Origin: an uncultured archaeon
GTDB lineage: Archaea > Thermoproteota > Nitrososphaeria > Nitrososphaerales > Gagatemarchaeaceae
Length of the DNA stretch: 64,000 bases
Assembly (NCBI GenBank): GCA_963799775.1
Contig: CAWCYD010000003.1
Coordinates: 1,472,001-1,536,000, forward strand
Direction: 5' to 3'
In this document: positions 1 through 9,953 of the stretch, one piece after another
Position numbering within the stretch: the first letter of the stretch is position 1
Layout: the number at the start of each line of letters is the position of its first letter
Translations under genes and position numbers: made by a program
The notes under the pieces: model-generated
What the model was told of the DNA's origin: nothing
The model's input: only the letters and a program-made list of their open reading frames with translations
Databases searched by the model: none

Positions 1-837
1 GTATGGCTGCCGCGTGAGGAAGTCGCGGTAGAGGTTCATCCCCACGACCTTCGACCCGGTGAAGGTGATGCCCGCGACGTCGGGGTTCTCCGTGAACTCG
101 GCGGAGAAGTTGGGGCCCTGGCCGGTCACGAAGTTGACCGCTCCCGCAGGGACCCCGCCGTCCCGGTAGACCTTGTAGAGCATCAGGCCCGTGAGGGGCG
201 CCTCGCTTGTCGGCTTTAGGATGACCGTGTTGCCCGTCAACAGCGCGCCCGTGGCCATCCCGTTGGCGAGCATGAATGGGAAGTTGAAGGGCGAGATGAC
301 GGGCCAGACGCCCAACGGTCTGGCGATTATTCTCCCGTGCTCCCCTGCGACCCCCTCCGTCTCCTTCGAGTATCCCTTGTTGTCCTCCATCACCTTGGCG
401 TAGAGATTGATGGCGTCGATGGCCTCCCAGGCCTCGGCGAGGGCCTCGAGCCTGTTCTTCCCAACCTCGTAGGTTATCGCCGAAGCGATCTCGAACTTCC
501 TCTCGTCGATCAGCTCTGCGACGCGCCTGAGGATCCTCACCCTCCCCCGCCAGGGCGTGGCGCTCCATCCTGGGAAGGCGCGCTTGGCTGCGTCTATCGC
601 CTGCTTCGCGTGCTCCCTCTGCCCGACGGGGAAGTAGCTCACGACGATCGAGGTGTCGATGGGGCTCCTGTGCTCGAACTCGCCCGCATCGGAGGAGACC
701 TCCTTGGAGCCGATGTGCATCTTGTGGTGCTTGCCGAGCTGGGAGGATGTGAACTTCTTGAGAGCAGCCTCGTACTTCGGATGTATGCTCTCGTCCGCGA
801 AGAGCGTCGTGTAGGTGATCTTTGGGGGCTTCGGCAC
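1..837 (-). CDS. Aldehyde dehydrogenase, probably 1-pyrroline-5-carboxylate dehydrogenase (3' end outside window)
   Basis: Manual translation from GTG 837: ...GVWPVISPFNFPFMLANGMATGALLTGNTVILKPTSEAP...FTGS, which are ALDH motifs. Confidence 0.85.
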   Translation of the reverse strand, partial: MPKPPKITYTTLFADESIHPKYEAALKKFTSSQLGKHHKMHIGSKEVSSDAGEFEHRSPIDTSIVVSYFPVGQREHAKQAIDAAKRAFPGWSATPWRGRVRILRRVAELIDERKFEIASAITYEVGKNRLEALAEAWEAIDAINLYAKVMEDNKGYSKETEGVAGEHGRIIARPLGVWPVISPFNFPFMLANGMATGALLTGNTVILKPTSEAPLTGLMLYKVYRDGGVPAGAVNFVTGQGPNFSAEFTENPDVAGITFTGSKVVGMNLYRDFLTRQPY

Positions 838-865
838 GAATTTTTTCGGCGTTCGAATGCTCTTC

Positions 866-1270
866 TTAATCTTTCCTCAGACTGATTTCCTGCGCCACGG
901 CCTCTTCGGTCCTGAGGTTCGTCGTGACCCGTTGGGCCAGATCCGCTATCCTAAGCGGCTTCTTCAGGAAACGCTTGGGATCGACTTCGGGGAAGGCCTT
1001 GTTGAATTCTGAGCGGTACTCCTCGAACGCGGTGAAGAAGAGCACCTTGATCTTGTCGTCCCTCTTCTTGATCTCCCTGAATAGCTCGAACCCGTTAATC
1101 TTGGGCATCTTGATGTCTAGTATGGCCAGGTCGTAGACCCCGGGAGTGAACTTCGCCAGAGCCAACACCGGGTCGGTGAAGGTCTGAACATTGAGGTCGT
1201 ATTGCTCGAGCCCTTTCTTGATGACAGCCGTGATATCGGGTTCGTCGTCGACGACGAGGATGTTCCTCAT
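866..1270 (-). CDS. Stand-alone response regulator receiver protein
   Basis: ILVVDDEPD, LDIKMP phospho-Asp, FFTA, KKP. Confidence 0.92.
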   Translation of the reverse strand: MRNILVVDDEPDITAVIKKGLEQYDLNVQTFTDPVLALAKFTPGVYDLAILDIKMPKINGFELFREIKKRDDKIKVLFFTAFEEYRSEFNKAFPEVDPKRFLKKPLRIADLAQRVTTNLRTEEAVAQEISLRKD

Positions 1271-1592
1271 CTAGCTGTCGGTCCTGTTATCCTCAGAGGT
1301 ATTTAGAAGTGCAAGGATTGATTCTACAGAAGATTGTTCGCGGTTGAGATACTGGGATGCAATGGCAACCATCGAGACTTGCCAGAACAGCCATAGAAGA
1401 ATCCACTTTGGGTCATTATAACCGTCTACAGATGACGTAGGTCGCTCGAATGTCCAGGCGTCTCGTCGAACGATCCTCGACAAGGAAGGCCATCACCTAC
1501 CTAGGATTCTTCTGCTTGTTAACTTCCGTGCCCCGATATGTGAGCATCATCGCATCCACTATTACAACGACGAATGGAATGGTCTGCTTACG

Positions 1593-1793
1593 ATGATGAG
1601 CCTGCAATCTGACAGCTTCACAGTCACACAGTCGGAAACCAAGGCGGTCAGGAAGTGTCCTTTCTGCGGCGGGCTCGTGGAGGACGCAGCAGGGAAGAAC
1701 ATCAATTTCATCGTTCATCTCGGGACACCGTCCGTCGAGCATCAACGAAAGCAGGAGTGGGCGGACTACCTAAGTTTCATGAACCGCATCTAG
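1593..1793 (+). CDS. Small zinc-finger-like protein (CPFCG ... H-x7-H)
   Basis: CPxCG motif plus two His in 66 aa. Confidence 0.5.
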   Translation: MMSLQSDSFTVTQSETKAVRKCPFCGGLVEDAAGKNINFIVHLGTPSVEHQRKQEWADYLSFMNRI

Positions 1794-1851
1794 ATCCTGA
1801 GTTCCACATCCTTAAAGCGGACTACATGATTTGTAGACCGCCGGTATTCAG

Positions 1852-2118
1852 TTGTCAAGCCCAGGAAGCAACCCTACGTCCATCCGGCAAGGGGTTCCTC
1901 TTGCGACAGTGGAATATCGATATCTGGTTCATCTGAGAGCAAAGGAAGATTTCGTTGACCTGATGGCTCACAAGGGTATCCGCATCCCGACAACAGGTCA
2001 TGTGGTAGGGTTCACCACCCCGCTGGCTCTGGACATGAGAGGATACAAGGAGAGGCGATTGGTCTGGTCGTATGTCGTCGTCGACGCTAACGATGGCCGC
2101 CCCCTAGAGGAAGGCTAG
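1852..2118 (+). CDS. Hypothetical protein
   Basis: ORF fills the intergenic space; no recognisable motif. Confidence 0.3.
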   Translation: MSSPGSNPTSIRQGVPLATVEYRYLVHLRAKEDFVDLMAHKGIRIPTTGHVVGFTTPLALDMRGYKERRLVWSYVVVDANDGRPLEEG

Positions 2119-2203
2119 GCAGACAGCCAATCGCTAGAGCTGACGACTTACCCAGCCGCCACGGTGAAGCTCGCGTCGCCTGCGCGACGGTCGTCTGGGC
2201 CCT

Positions 2204-2875
2204 CTAGATAGGGGAAGTCAAAGGCGATGGCCTGGGAACTCCCAGCTCGTCCACAGATTTCGACTCGAGCTGGACGTCGAAGACATCCGAGAAGTTCTTC
2301 ACGACCTTCTCCTTCACTGCTTGCATGCTGAATTGTCGGCTCGAGAGCTTTTCCATGGACGTCATCGCCTCGGGGTCGAGGCCGCACGGCTTGATGAGAC
2401 GGAAGTAGCTGAGGTCGGTGTTGACGTTGAGCGCGAACCCGTGGAAGGTCACCCAGTTCGTGACCGCGACCCCTATCGAGGCGAGCTTCTTCCCCCCTGA
2501 CCACACGCCGGTGTGGCCCTCCTTCCTACCCGCAGTGACTTCGAAATCAGTGGCAGTCCTGATGATGACCTCCTCTAGTTGCCTCACGAACTTGTGAACG
2601 TCTGGGTCGGCCAGCTTGATTATCGGATAGCCGACGAGCTGGCCCGGGCCGTGGAAAGTCGCGTTGCCACCTCTCTCCACTTGGAATACGGGGATGTCCT
2701 GGGGTCGGAAGTTCTCGGGGGTGGTCTTCCTGCCCAGCGTGATGACAGGCTCATGCTCCACGAGGACGAGCGTGTCCGAGATCTTGTCGGAGGCCCTTGC
2801 GGCGAGGAGCTGCTTCTGGATCTCCCAGACCTGGCCGTATTCCCGTCTCCCGAGGTCCAGCAGGTTGGCGACCAA
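2204..2875 (-). CDS. lipB: Lipoyl(octanoyl) transferase
   Basis: EHEPVITLG, RGGNATFHGPGQLVGYPI, KLASIG, HGFALNV, PCG; TTG start just after the lpdA stop. Confidence 0.93.
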   Translation of the reverse strand: MVANLLDLGRREYGQVWEIQKQLLAARASDKISDTLVLVEHEPVITLGRKTTPENFRPQDIPVFQVERGGNATFHGPGQLVGYPIIKLADPDVHKFVRQLEEVIIRTATDFEVTAGRKEGHTGVWSGGKKLASIGVAVTNWVTFHGFALNVNTDLSYFRLIKPCGLDPEAMTSMEKLSSRQFSMQAVKEKVVKNFSDVFDVQLESKSVDELGVPRPSPLTSPI

Positions 2876-2877
2876 GG

Positions 2878-4278
2878 CTAGAGCTTCACCTGGTGGATGG
2901 GCTTCCCGGCCGCGAGCTCCGCGGCTTCCATTATCGCCTCGGGCAGTGTCGGGTGCGGGTGCATCGTGAGCGCGAGATCCTCCACCGTCGCGCCCATCTC
3001 GATGGCGAGCGCAGCCTCGCTGATGAGGTTCGAGGCCTCGGGACCGACTATCTGGACCCCGACGACCACTCCCGTGTTCGAGTCGGAGACTATCCTCACG
3101 AAGCCGTCGGTCTCTCCCGAGGTAAGCGCTCGTCCGAGAGCTGCGAAGGAGAACCTGCTCCTCTTCACCTGCATCCCGGCCGCGGTGGCTGCGCTCTCCG
3201 TGAGCCCGACCCCGGCGATCTCCGGGTCTGTGAAGATAGCCCACGGGATGCTCTTCCAGTCGGCGGCGCTAGGCTTGCCGGCGATGACCTCGGCAGCGAC
3301 TATGCCCTCTTTCGATGCCTTGTGCGCGAGCAGCGGCTGGCCCCGGACGTCCCCGATGGCGTAGACGCCGGCCACGCTCGTCTTCATCTGCTCGTCGGTG
3401 ATGATGTAGCCCTTGGCGTCTGTCTTGACGCCGAGCTCGCTGAGCCTCATCCCCTGTGTGAGAGGCCCCCTTCCCACGCTGACGAGCACGAGGGTTGCCG
3501 CAATCTCCACGTCCCCGTCTCGCGTCGCGATCTTCGCTCTGACGCCCTTAGCGTCCTTTTGGAGCGAGGTCACTTTAGACTTTAGAAGCAACCGTGCGCC
3601 TCTCTTCTCCAGGTTCCTCTGCGCGAACCGCACGAGGTCGGGCTCTGTGCCGGGGAGGAGCTGGTCCGTGAGCTCGACGATCGTCACCTTGGTCCCGAGC
3701 TTCTGGTAGACGGTCGCGAGTTCTAGCCCGATGTAGCCGCCACCGATTACAAGCATGCTCTCGGGCACCTGCTCGAGAACTAACACTTCGGTCGAACTTA
3801 GGATGACCTTCCCATCGAATTCGATCCCGGGCAGCGGTAGAGCCCGCGAGCCTGTGGCAATAACAACGTTCTTCGTAACGACGTCCTCAATCCCCGAGCT
3901 GGTCGTCACCTTGACTCTCCTTGCGTCGATGACCTCGGCGGTTCCCTTGATGACCACTATCTTATTTGAACGACATAGGTTTGCGACTCCGCTTTCGAGG
4001 GTGGAGACAACGCCGTCCTTCCATCTTTGGAGGGCGGGCAAATCGACCCTGATTCCCTCGGCGATTATCCCAAAAGTAGCTCCCTCTTTCGCTTTCTCGT
4101 AGAGCTTGGTCATTGTGATCAGCGCCTTCGACGGGATGCAGCCCGACGCGACGCAGATTCCGCCTAGCGTTTCCCTTTCGATGAGAATTGTCTTGAGGCC
4201 TAGCTGGGCGCTTCTAATTGCACAAACGTAACCTCCAGGCCCTCCGCCTATTATCGTCACATCGGCGTCCCGCGTCAA
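2878..4278 (-). CDS. lpdA: Dihydrolipoamide dehydrogenase (E3)
   Basis: GGGPGGY, GGICVASGCIPSK redox disulfide, HPHPTLPE. Confidence 0.96.
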   Translation of the reverse strand: MTRDADVTIIGGGPGGYVCAIRSAQLGLKTILIERETLGGICVASGCIPSKALITMTKLYEKAKEGATFGIIAEGIRVDLPALQRWKDGVVSTLESGVANLCRSNKIVVIKGTAEVIDARRVKVTTSSGIEDVVTKNVVIATGSRALPLPGIEFDGKVILSSTEVLVLEQVPESMLVIGGGYIGLELATVYQKLGTKVTIVELTDQLLPGTEPDLVRFAQRNLEKRGARLLLKSKVTSLQKDAKGVRAKIATRDGDVEIAATLVLVSVGRGPLTQGMRLSELGVKTDAKGYIITDEQMKTSVAGVYAIGDVRGQPLLAHKASKEGIVAAEVIAGKPSAADWKSIPWAIFTDPEIAGVGLTESAATAAGMQVKRSRFSFAALGRALTSGETDGFVRIVSDSNTGVVVGVQIVGPEASNLISEAALAIEMGATVEDLALTMHPHPTLPEAIMEAAELAAGKPIHQVKL

Positions 4279-4581
4279 GTTACCGTCTGCGGCGCAGAAA
4301 TTGAATCGCTTAAACCTTGCTCGATGACCCTAGCTTATCGGCTCCTAACCCAATTCCCGGCTCCGAATCTTGTCTTATGAGCCGAACAGAGGTTTTGTCG
4401 AGTTGTCATTCGGCCGAATGCAGCTCACGCTAGACCAAACGAAGACTGGACAGCACCGAAGAGACAACACTCGTCATTTTGTTGGAATCCCTCGACCTTA
4501 ACGACCTCGTCACTCTTCCCGAGAAGTGCCGCTCTTCAGAACATGGAACTTAAGCCCGAAATCAGCAAGAAAAGATTCAAT

Positions 4582-4722
4582 GTGGACGCTGCTCCCACTC
4601 ACAAGAAACGACGCAGACGGCTTGTTCTGGCGGTGGTGATTATTGCCGTGCTGGTAACAGAAGGTTACACAGCCGACTATATGAGAAGGCAAACTGTGGA
4701 CCCAAGACTGGAAGGGCCGTAA
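4582..4722 (+). pseudogene. Truncated signal-anchor ORF (46 aa)
   Basis: VDAAPTHKKRRRRLVLAVVIIAVLVTEG..., then an early stop. Confidence 0.3.
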
Positions 4723-4978
4723 CGGAACGGGTTTTGAGTTTGCTTCCATCGGATCTCTCGATTGGCATCCTACGAGTTCTCGAGGTAAATTGGTTGCCAA
4801 GAGGGTGAAGCTATGATTTTGGACTTTGGCAACTACTTAGCAACCATAACTTGAGCCTTCTTGCCCCGCGTTCTTCCATAATAGAGTCGCCTATTACAGG
4901 GTATATCGTGAAGCATCGACACCCTTAGCAACCATCCGACGCAACGAAAGATGATTGCGGGACGGAATATATCTCTGT

Positions 4979-5809
4979 CTAACCTGCAGCGTCGACTTCG
5001 AAATGCAGAAGCACTGATTGACCCCATTCATCGTCAACGGCCACCGTGTACACTCCTGGGACAAATAGAGTGGTGGAAGGCGGGTGCGTATAACCTGGGG
5101 CGATGATAATTGCGGGGTTCATCTGCGCGGCGCTAGCAGTAAGGTTCCAGTAGCCGGTTGCTGTGTAAGTGTTCGATAGTTGATACGGACCATTTGTCTG
5201 ATTACTTGGTCGAGGGGAAGCAAGGGAGTCTGTAATTCCAGTAACGTTTGCGATCGAGCTTTCTGACTGAAAAATAACATGGTCCATTACGCCTGCGCCG
5301 TCGTAACAGAGCTGGGAGGGAATGAATACATTCGCAATGTTCGATATATTCTCGATTGTGTAGTATCCTTTAAGGACAGCCACGTCGGCAGGAGTGGTCA
5401 GGAAATATACAGTCCTATTGCCTCCGGGATTGCTCACTACATCTGAATTGGTGGCCAAACAATCGGGCCAGAGGGCAACAGGAATACCTCGAAACAACCA
5501 ATGAGCAGATGTTGGGATGCTATTGAGTCGGTCCAGAGTATTGTAGACTGTGACGTTGAATTCGAGAGATTGCCCCACTCTAACTAGCGTCGAATTGATG
5601 GACAACGAAAGTTCGACTCCATTCGAGCCCGTTGTCGAGTTACTTGTTGATAGTTGTGACAATGAAGACATTGTTACTGTGGAGGAATACTCACCACTCG
5701 TCGAACTAGTCGTCGCAGAATAGAGTTGTCCTATTTCGAACCCCACCAAGGCAGTGACGATGACGGCGGCGATAACGCCGGCCATTATCTGTCGTGAATA
5801 CTCTGACAC
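4979..5809 (-). CDS. N-terminally anchored extracellular Ser/Thr-rich protein
   Basis: TM segment IMAGVIAAVIVTALVGF, S/T linker, beta-rich domain ending PGVYTVAVDDEWGQ. Confidence 0.8.
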   Translation of the reverse strand: MSEYSRQIMAGVIAAVIVTALVGFEIGQLYSATTSSTSGEYSSTVTMSSLSQLSTSNSTTGSNGVELSLSINSTLVRVGQSLEFNVTVYNTLDRLNSIPTSAHWLFRGIPVALWPDCLATNSDVVSNPGGNRTVYFLTTPADVAVLKGYYTIENISNIANVFIPSQLCYDGAGVMDHVIFQSESSIANVTGITDSLASPRPSNQTNGPYQLSNTYTATGYWNLTASAAQMNPAIIIAPGYTHPPSTTLFVPGVYTVAVDDEWGQSVLLHFEVDAAG

Positions 5810-5977
5810 ATTTCGTCAATCATGATTTATCGGTCGTGGTTATATTGCTACGTTTTATCACACCCGTTCCTACAAATTTATTCATAATTTATCTTTGATA
5901 TCGATAGTTTCTATCCGAAAACCTATCCATCCGAACCGCTCGAATCCACAGAAACGGAGTAGGGTTGTCAATTCGAT

Positions 5978-6389
5978 TCAGATGCTTTCCCTAAGTGATG
6001 TAGATGTCTGAAATAGCGAAACTGTTAGTGACGCAACCAAGGTCAGAATCGAAAAGACATAGGAACCGTTCATTGCGGCCGGCCTGAGAACGGTCAGAAG
6101 CAGGGCGAGAGACGTCGCCAGAAAAGCAGAGAAAGTTGCCCATAGAGGTATGACTGTTCTTCTAATTCTTATCATGTTTTCGAACAACGTCCTGTCCGCC
6201 GTGAAGCCGTCACTTCCCTCACGAATCAGGCCAGAAAGGAGTAGCTTCTGCAAATGGTATTCGGCTACCGACGAGGAACTCATATTGAGCTCTCTCCTAA
6301 TATCAGACAAATTGATAGGCACCTCGTCTGTAAACGAGACGATAGACCCTAAGTGTGGTTCCTGAAAGAGAGATGCGCTTCGGCGGCAA
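5978..6389 (-). CDS. Membrane-tethered winged-helix protein (frameshift ~6325)
   Basis: LSGTTLRVYRLVYRRG joined to PINLSDIRRELNMSSSSVAEYHLQKLL, then two TM helices. Confidence 0.75.
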
Positions 6390-6457
6390 GCAGTAGTTCC
6401 GGAGCGGTCAGTTAGTAATGAGTTTTGGGTTCGAGTTTGGGGCTATTCAAGCATGTA

Positions 6458-7648
6458 TCAGTAGCCTCCTGCATTCTCATAGTTAATGTCGAAGTCTCCC
6501 GAACTCACGCTTCCCGGGCAGACGTTTACGTTATACGTATTGCCCAGGCAGCTCGCGGAGCCTGCATAAGTGCCATTGTAATCAAGGTAGTACGCGTTAT
6601 CGCTGCTCCCGGCAGCGCCGATCGTAACGAAGTTGTTGTAGTTGGAGTCATAATAGTACGCACCCGAGACTGAAATACTGCCGAAGTCGGGGAGACCGTA
6701 CCCTGGACTGCCGGGAGGCACTTCAGACATATACGTAGAATAATACGTTGAACTTGTGGAGAAACCGCTTGGAGAATTGGCTGAACAACCACTGCTCAAC
6801 GAGTAGTCATAGATGGAGGTAGTATAGGAGGGCGCAGTACTTCCATTGTATGTCGTATCAGCGCCTATTTGGTCGCCCCCACTTGCTGCGGAGCACTCAT
6901 TGGGGGCGCCGGAACCATTGTAGAACTCGTACCAATAGTCATAGTGGTAGTAATGCGAACTATTGCACAACGTGGAACAATATGCATCGGTGCCAGTTTG
7001 AGCGATGTAGCTACCAGTGGGCGACAAACCGACCCACATGGATATGAGGCACCAGTCATTGAGGTAGTCGCTGCAATTGTCCGAGGCCCCGCTGATAGAT
7101 GGAATATACCAATCTGCGCCCACTTCGTTAACAGCAGTGCCGTAGCTGCTGTAGTATTGGTACCCCGCCCATTTTACGCTAGAGGCAACATTAGGACCGG
7201 TTCGCGGGATATCTTGGTACACGTTCGTGCTCAATACAGAAGTTAGGGAAGGATCCTCGGCAACCTGAAGCACATAGGTAGCTCCGTTCGCCCCCTTGAG
7301 GTCATAGTCGACAGTCACTTCGACGATGGATATTGCACAGCTCATGTTCCAAGTTGTGCTGTAGAATACACTATCGAACGATTCTGAGTTGTATTCAGAA
7401 GAATACGATGCAGCAGTTGATGCCGCGAGGTCTTGGGCTGCGGACTGGTTTATGCCCGTCTCTGCAACCCTAGTCTCCCCAGTAAGCAACCTTGGGGGAC
7501 AGGTCGAAGGCGAAGTCGGCCCCTGATTGGATGTGGCCGCGTTTGATAATGGAATCCTTCCAAAGACCAATAGAGCCAGTATTCCGAGCATCACGGCCAC
7601 GTCCAAGTAGGATTTTGAGCTGTGAGGACTTCCTAAATCGAACTTCAT
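6458..7648 (-). CDS. Secreted glutamic peptidase, family G1 (Peptidase_A4-like), with signal peptide and pro-region
   Basis: SSVKWAGY, WYIP, MWVGL, AQTGT (catalytic Gln), WYEFY, GDQI, MSEVP (catalytic Glu), LPDFG. Confidence 0.8.
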   Translation of the reverse strand: MKFDLGSPHSSKSYLDVAVMLGILALLVFGRIPLSNAATSNQGPTSPSTCPPRLLTGETRVAETGINQSAAQDLAASTAASYSSEYNSESFDSVFYSTTWNMSCAISIVEVTVDYDLKGANGATYVLQVAEDPSLTSVLSTNVYQDIPRTGPNVASSVKWAGYQYYSSYGTAVNEVGADWYIPSISGASDNCSDYLNDWCLISMWVGLSPTGSYIAQTGTDAYCSTLCNSSHYYHYDYWYEFYNGSGAPNECSAASGGDQIGADTTYNGSTAPSYTTSIYDYSLSSGCSANSPSGFSTSSTYYSTYMSEVPPGSPGYGLPDFGSISVSGAYYYDSNYNNFVTIGAAGSSDNAYYLDYNGTYAGSASCLGNTYNVNVCPGSVSSGDFDINYENAGGY

Positions 7649-7698
7649 ATTCCTTCTCTCACCATTTCTGGCGTGGTTTCTTCGTATTTATGCCCTGA

Positions 7699-7887
7699 TT
7701 GCAATTGCGTATGTAATTACATGGTAGAAGCCTACAGAACCCGATTCCATCTTCACGGCTCCTCCTCAACTTGATGCCTCTTGAGCATATGGTCGATCAT
7801 GTCAAGCGTCGATTGATTCCTTATGCTGAACCTGTAGAGCTTTCGCTTCGTCTTCCCGCTCTCCGTTTCCCTTTGCTCTATCAATCC
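7699..7887. repeat. 189-bp imperfect direct repeat, copy 1 (3' end of EarA-like gene plus operator region)
   Basis: Aligns without gaps to 9765-9953; first ~43 bp identical. Confidence 0.95.
7701..7722. promoter_or_regulatory. Twin palindromes GCAATTGC and ATGTAATTACAT, putative activator site
   Basis: Perfect 8-bp and 12-bp palindromes just upstream of a TATA-like ATAAATA (minus strand) for the peptidase at 7648. Confidence 0.65.
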
Positions 7888-7890
7888 CAT
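7753..7890 (-). pseudogene. Truncated EarA-like paralog (C-terminal 45 aa, open frame)
   Basis: MGLIEQRETESGKTKRKLYRFSIRNQSTLDMIDHMLKRHQVEEEP matches the C-terminus of 9819-10172. Confidence 0.85.
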
Positions 7891-7900
7891 TGCTCTGAAT

Positions 7901-8449
7901 CTAAGGAGAAAAAACTCCCGCGACGGCTAGGCATCCATTGGATGGCGTCTCCTGTAGGCTAATGCAACCGGAGAAACTCTCACCCACTGTAGGGATGACG
8001 GAGCCTCCACCAAATGCATCCGAAGGAAACGACGCAATAAGTGTTGCATTGCTTCCATCATTTGGTATGTAGTTCGCAGGTGTCACCAGGCATCCCGTCG
8101 CTGCACTTGTCGCCGAGTTGTCACTACTGCCATAACGAATCACCAAGCATGAGAGTCCGGTGTAAATCGTGACCGGTCCTGTGAGAGGTTGTGAGACAGG
8201 TGAGGATACACTCACAATGAAAAAGCTGCAGGTCTTGTTGCTTAGACTACATCCATGTGAGTACACCCCGTAAGAAGGAGCGACATCCACCGTAGTCACA
8301 CTGGGTGGAATCGAGATCGAAGTTGACACAGTGGTAGAAGTGACTGTCTTCATGGAAACTCCTGTGGTCAACGCGACAGACAAAGCGAGCACTGCTCCTA
8401 TTATTATTCCAACAACCAACATCCCCAAGCTTGACTTTTCGAGTCTCAA
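7901..8449 (-). CDS. Membrane-anchored, Cys-containing extracellular protein
   Basis: N-terminal TM, Thr/Ser linker, six Cys. Confidence 0.75.
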   Translation of the reverse strand: MRLEKSSLGMLVVGIIIGAVLALSVALTTGVSMKTVTSTTVSTSISIPPSVTTVDVAPSYGVYSHGCSLSNKTCSFFIVSVSSPVSQPLTGPVTIYTGLSCLVIRYGSSDNSATSAATGCLVTPANYIPNDGSNATLIASFPSDAFGGGSVIPTVGESFSGCISLQETPSNGCLAVAGVFSP

Positions 8450-8535
8450 TTTTGATAGACCTTAGCATCTCTAGGAAGGATTTGATTAAGTATTACGCGA
8501 ATCTGTAACTCGCTCGAATCGCGCCGGTTGCCCTT

Positions 8536-9727
8536 CTAAGTACTACTGGAATACGTCACAGAGAAGGTACCGTAACTATACCCCGTGGGTTCAGTCATGG
8601 TAGAGGTTGTTGTAGTTCCGAAGCCGTCGTCCATGTTACTACCTAGTCCCCAGTTGTTGAGGTAATTGGGATACTGGTCAAGTTTCAATCCGCTCCCTGC
8701 TGCCATCTCAAGATCGGTGAATGTAACCGACGAGAAATTAGCCAACTCCTGGTTGCCATTGTGCGGATTTTCGACCACCGTGTCCGCGTAATGCGGCGCA
8801 CCCTCCGGACTATAGTTGTCGTTTGTGCACGCTTCATTGTTGGTCATATCCCTTACGACTACATCGTAATTGCTTCCAGACAAACCCATCTGCGAGTTCG
8901 ACCCAACCTGAGCATAGATATGGTCGCCTTGGCTTATTGATGTTGTGCCGCAAAATTGCATGCCACTATCGGAGTGAGGGTAATAGACGTGTTCAGTGAA
9001 CGCAGAGTAGGTCTTTACGCAGACAAGTGCGGTGCAGGTAATATTCCCTTGTATGCCGCCTTGAATAAGAACGTTGGTACCTGACCAAGGAATATACCCA
9101 ATGTACGTATTGTTCTGCAAACCAGTCCACACAACCACCAGGCACTGTGTTGAGCTGTCGGGGCCGCTTGTTCTGCAGTTCGTTGACCCCGTGTTAAGGG
9201 GAGGAGTAGTCCAATATGCGGCGCTATAGGTCACATCCTCACCGGTTGGTGTAGAGGCGTTTGCCACATAGTATCCGCTATTGAATTTGACAGTGGTAAG
9301 AGAAATGCCGGCGGTTGAATACCCATGTCTGGTAACGCTGTATATTACCCCCAATACGGGATTCACTGCCATTGTAAGGATGTAAAGTGGCTGACCGTCC
9401 TTTTGAAGCAGGAAATTGACAGCTGCATCCCGCCAGGTGACAGTACAGTTTGTTGGATTCGTTATCCAGTCATTGTCAAAACCAGTAAATGATGAATTAT
9501 AACCAGAAACCTCGTTTCTATAATCTGCAGAACTTGTTGCAAAATTCTGAACAGATGAGGAACTGATCGTACCTTGACCCCATCTCTGTCGCGAGTTTGA
9601 GAGACGTGCATGAAGTTGAGGTAGTTGCAGCAACTCCTGATGACGCTAGAATCGCGACGGGCGAAATCACCAAGAGAAAGAGCAATGAAAGAGCAGCCGA
9701 GCCGCTTCCAACAGCCCAGATTTTCAT
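8536..9727 (-). CDS. Second secreted G1-family glutamic peptidase (frameshift ~9575)
   Basis: Signal peptide MKIWAVGSGSAALSLLFLLVISP in ORF 9518-9727; body has NSGYY, YWTTP, VWTGL, LIQGG, GDHI, VVENP, LANFSSVTF. Confidence 0.75.
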
Positions 9728-9764
9728 ACATTGTTCTTGTGGGGATTCTGTATATAATATCTAG

Positions 9765-9953
9765 TTGCAATTGCGTATGTAATTACATGGTAGAAGCCTA
9801 CAGAACCAGACTCCATCTTCACGGCTCCTCCTCAACTTGATACCTCTTGAGAATGTGGTCAATCATGTCAAGCGTCGATTGATTCTGTGCGCTAAACCTG
9901 TAGGCCCTTCGCTTCGTCTTCCCGCTCCCTGTTTCCCTTTGCTCTATCAATCC
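9765..9953. repeat. 189-bp imperfect direct repeat, copy 2
   Basis: Matches 7699-7887. Confidence 0.95.
9767..9788. promoter_or_regulatory. Twin palindromes GCAATTGC and ATGTAATTACAT, second copy
   Basis: Identical to 7701-7722; minus-strand TTATATA box follows, ~25 bp before ATG 9727. Confidence 0.65.

Noticed and set aside
4360-8520. Recurring GCTC(C)GAATC-like words near gene ends as integron-style cassette sites
   Set aside because: Too short and irregular, also present outside the island, and no integrase
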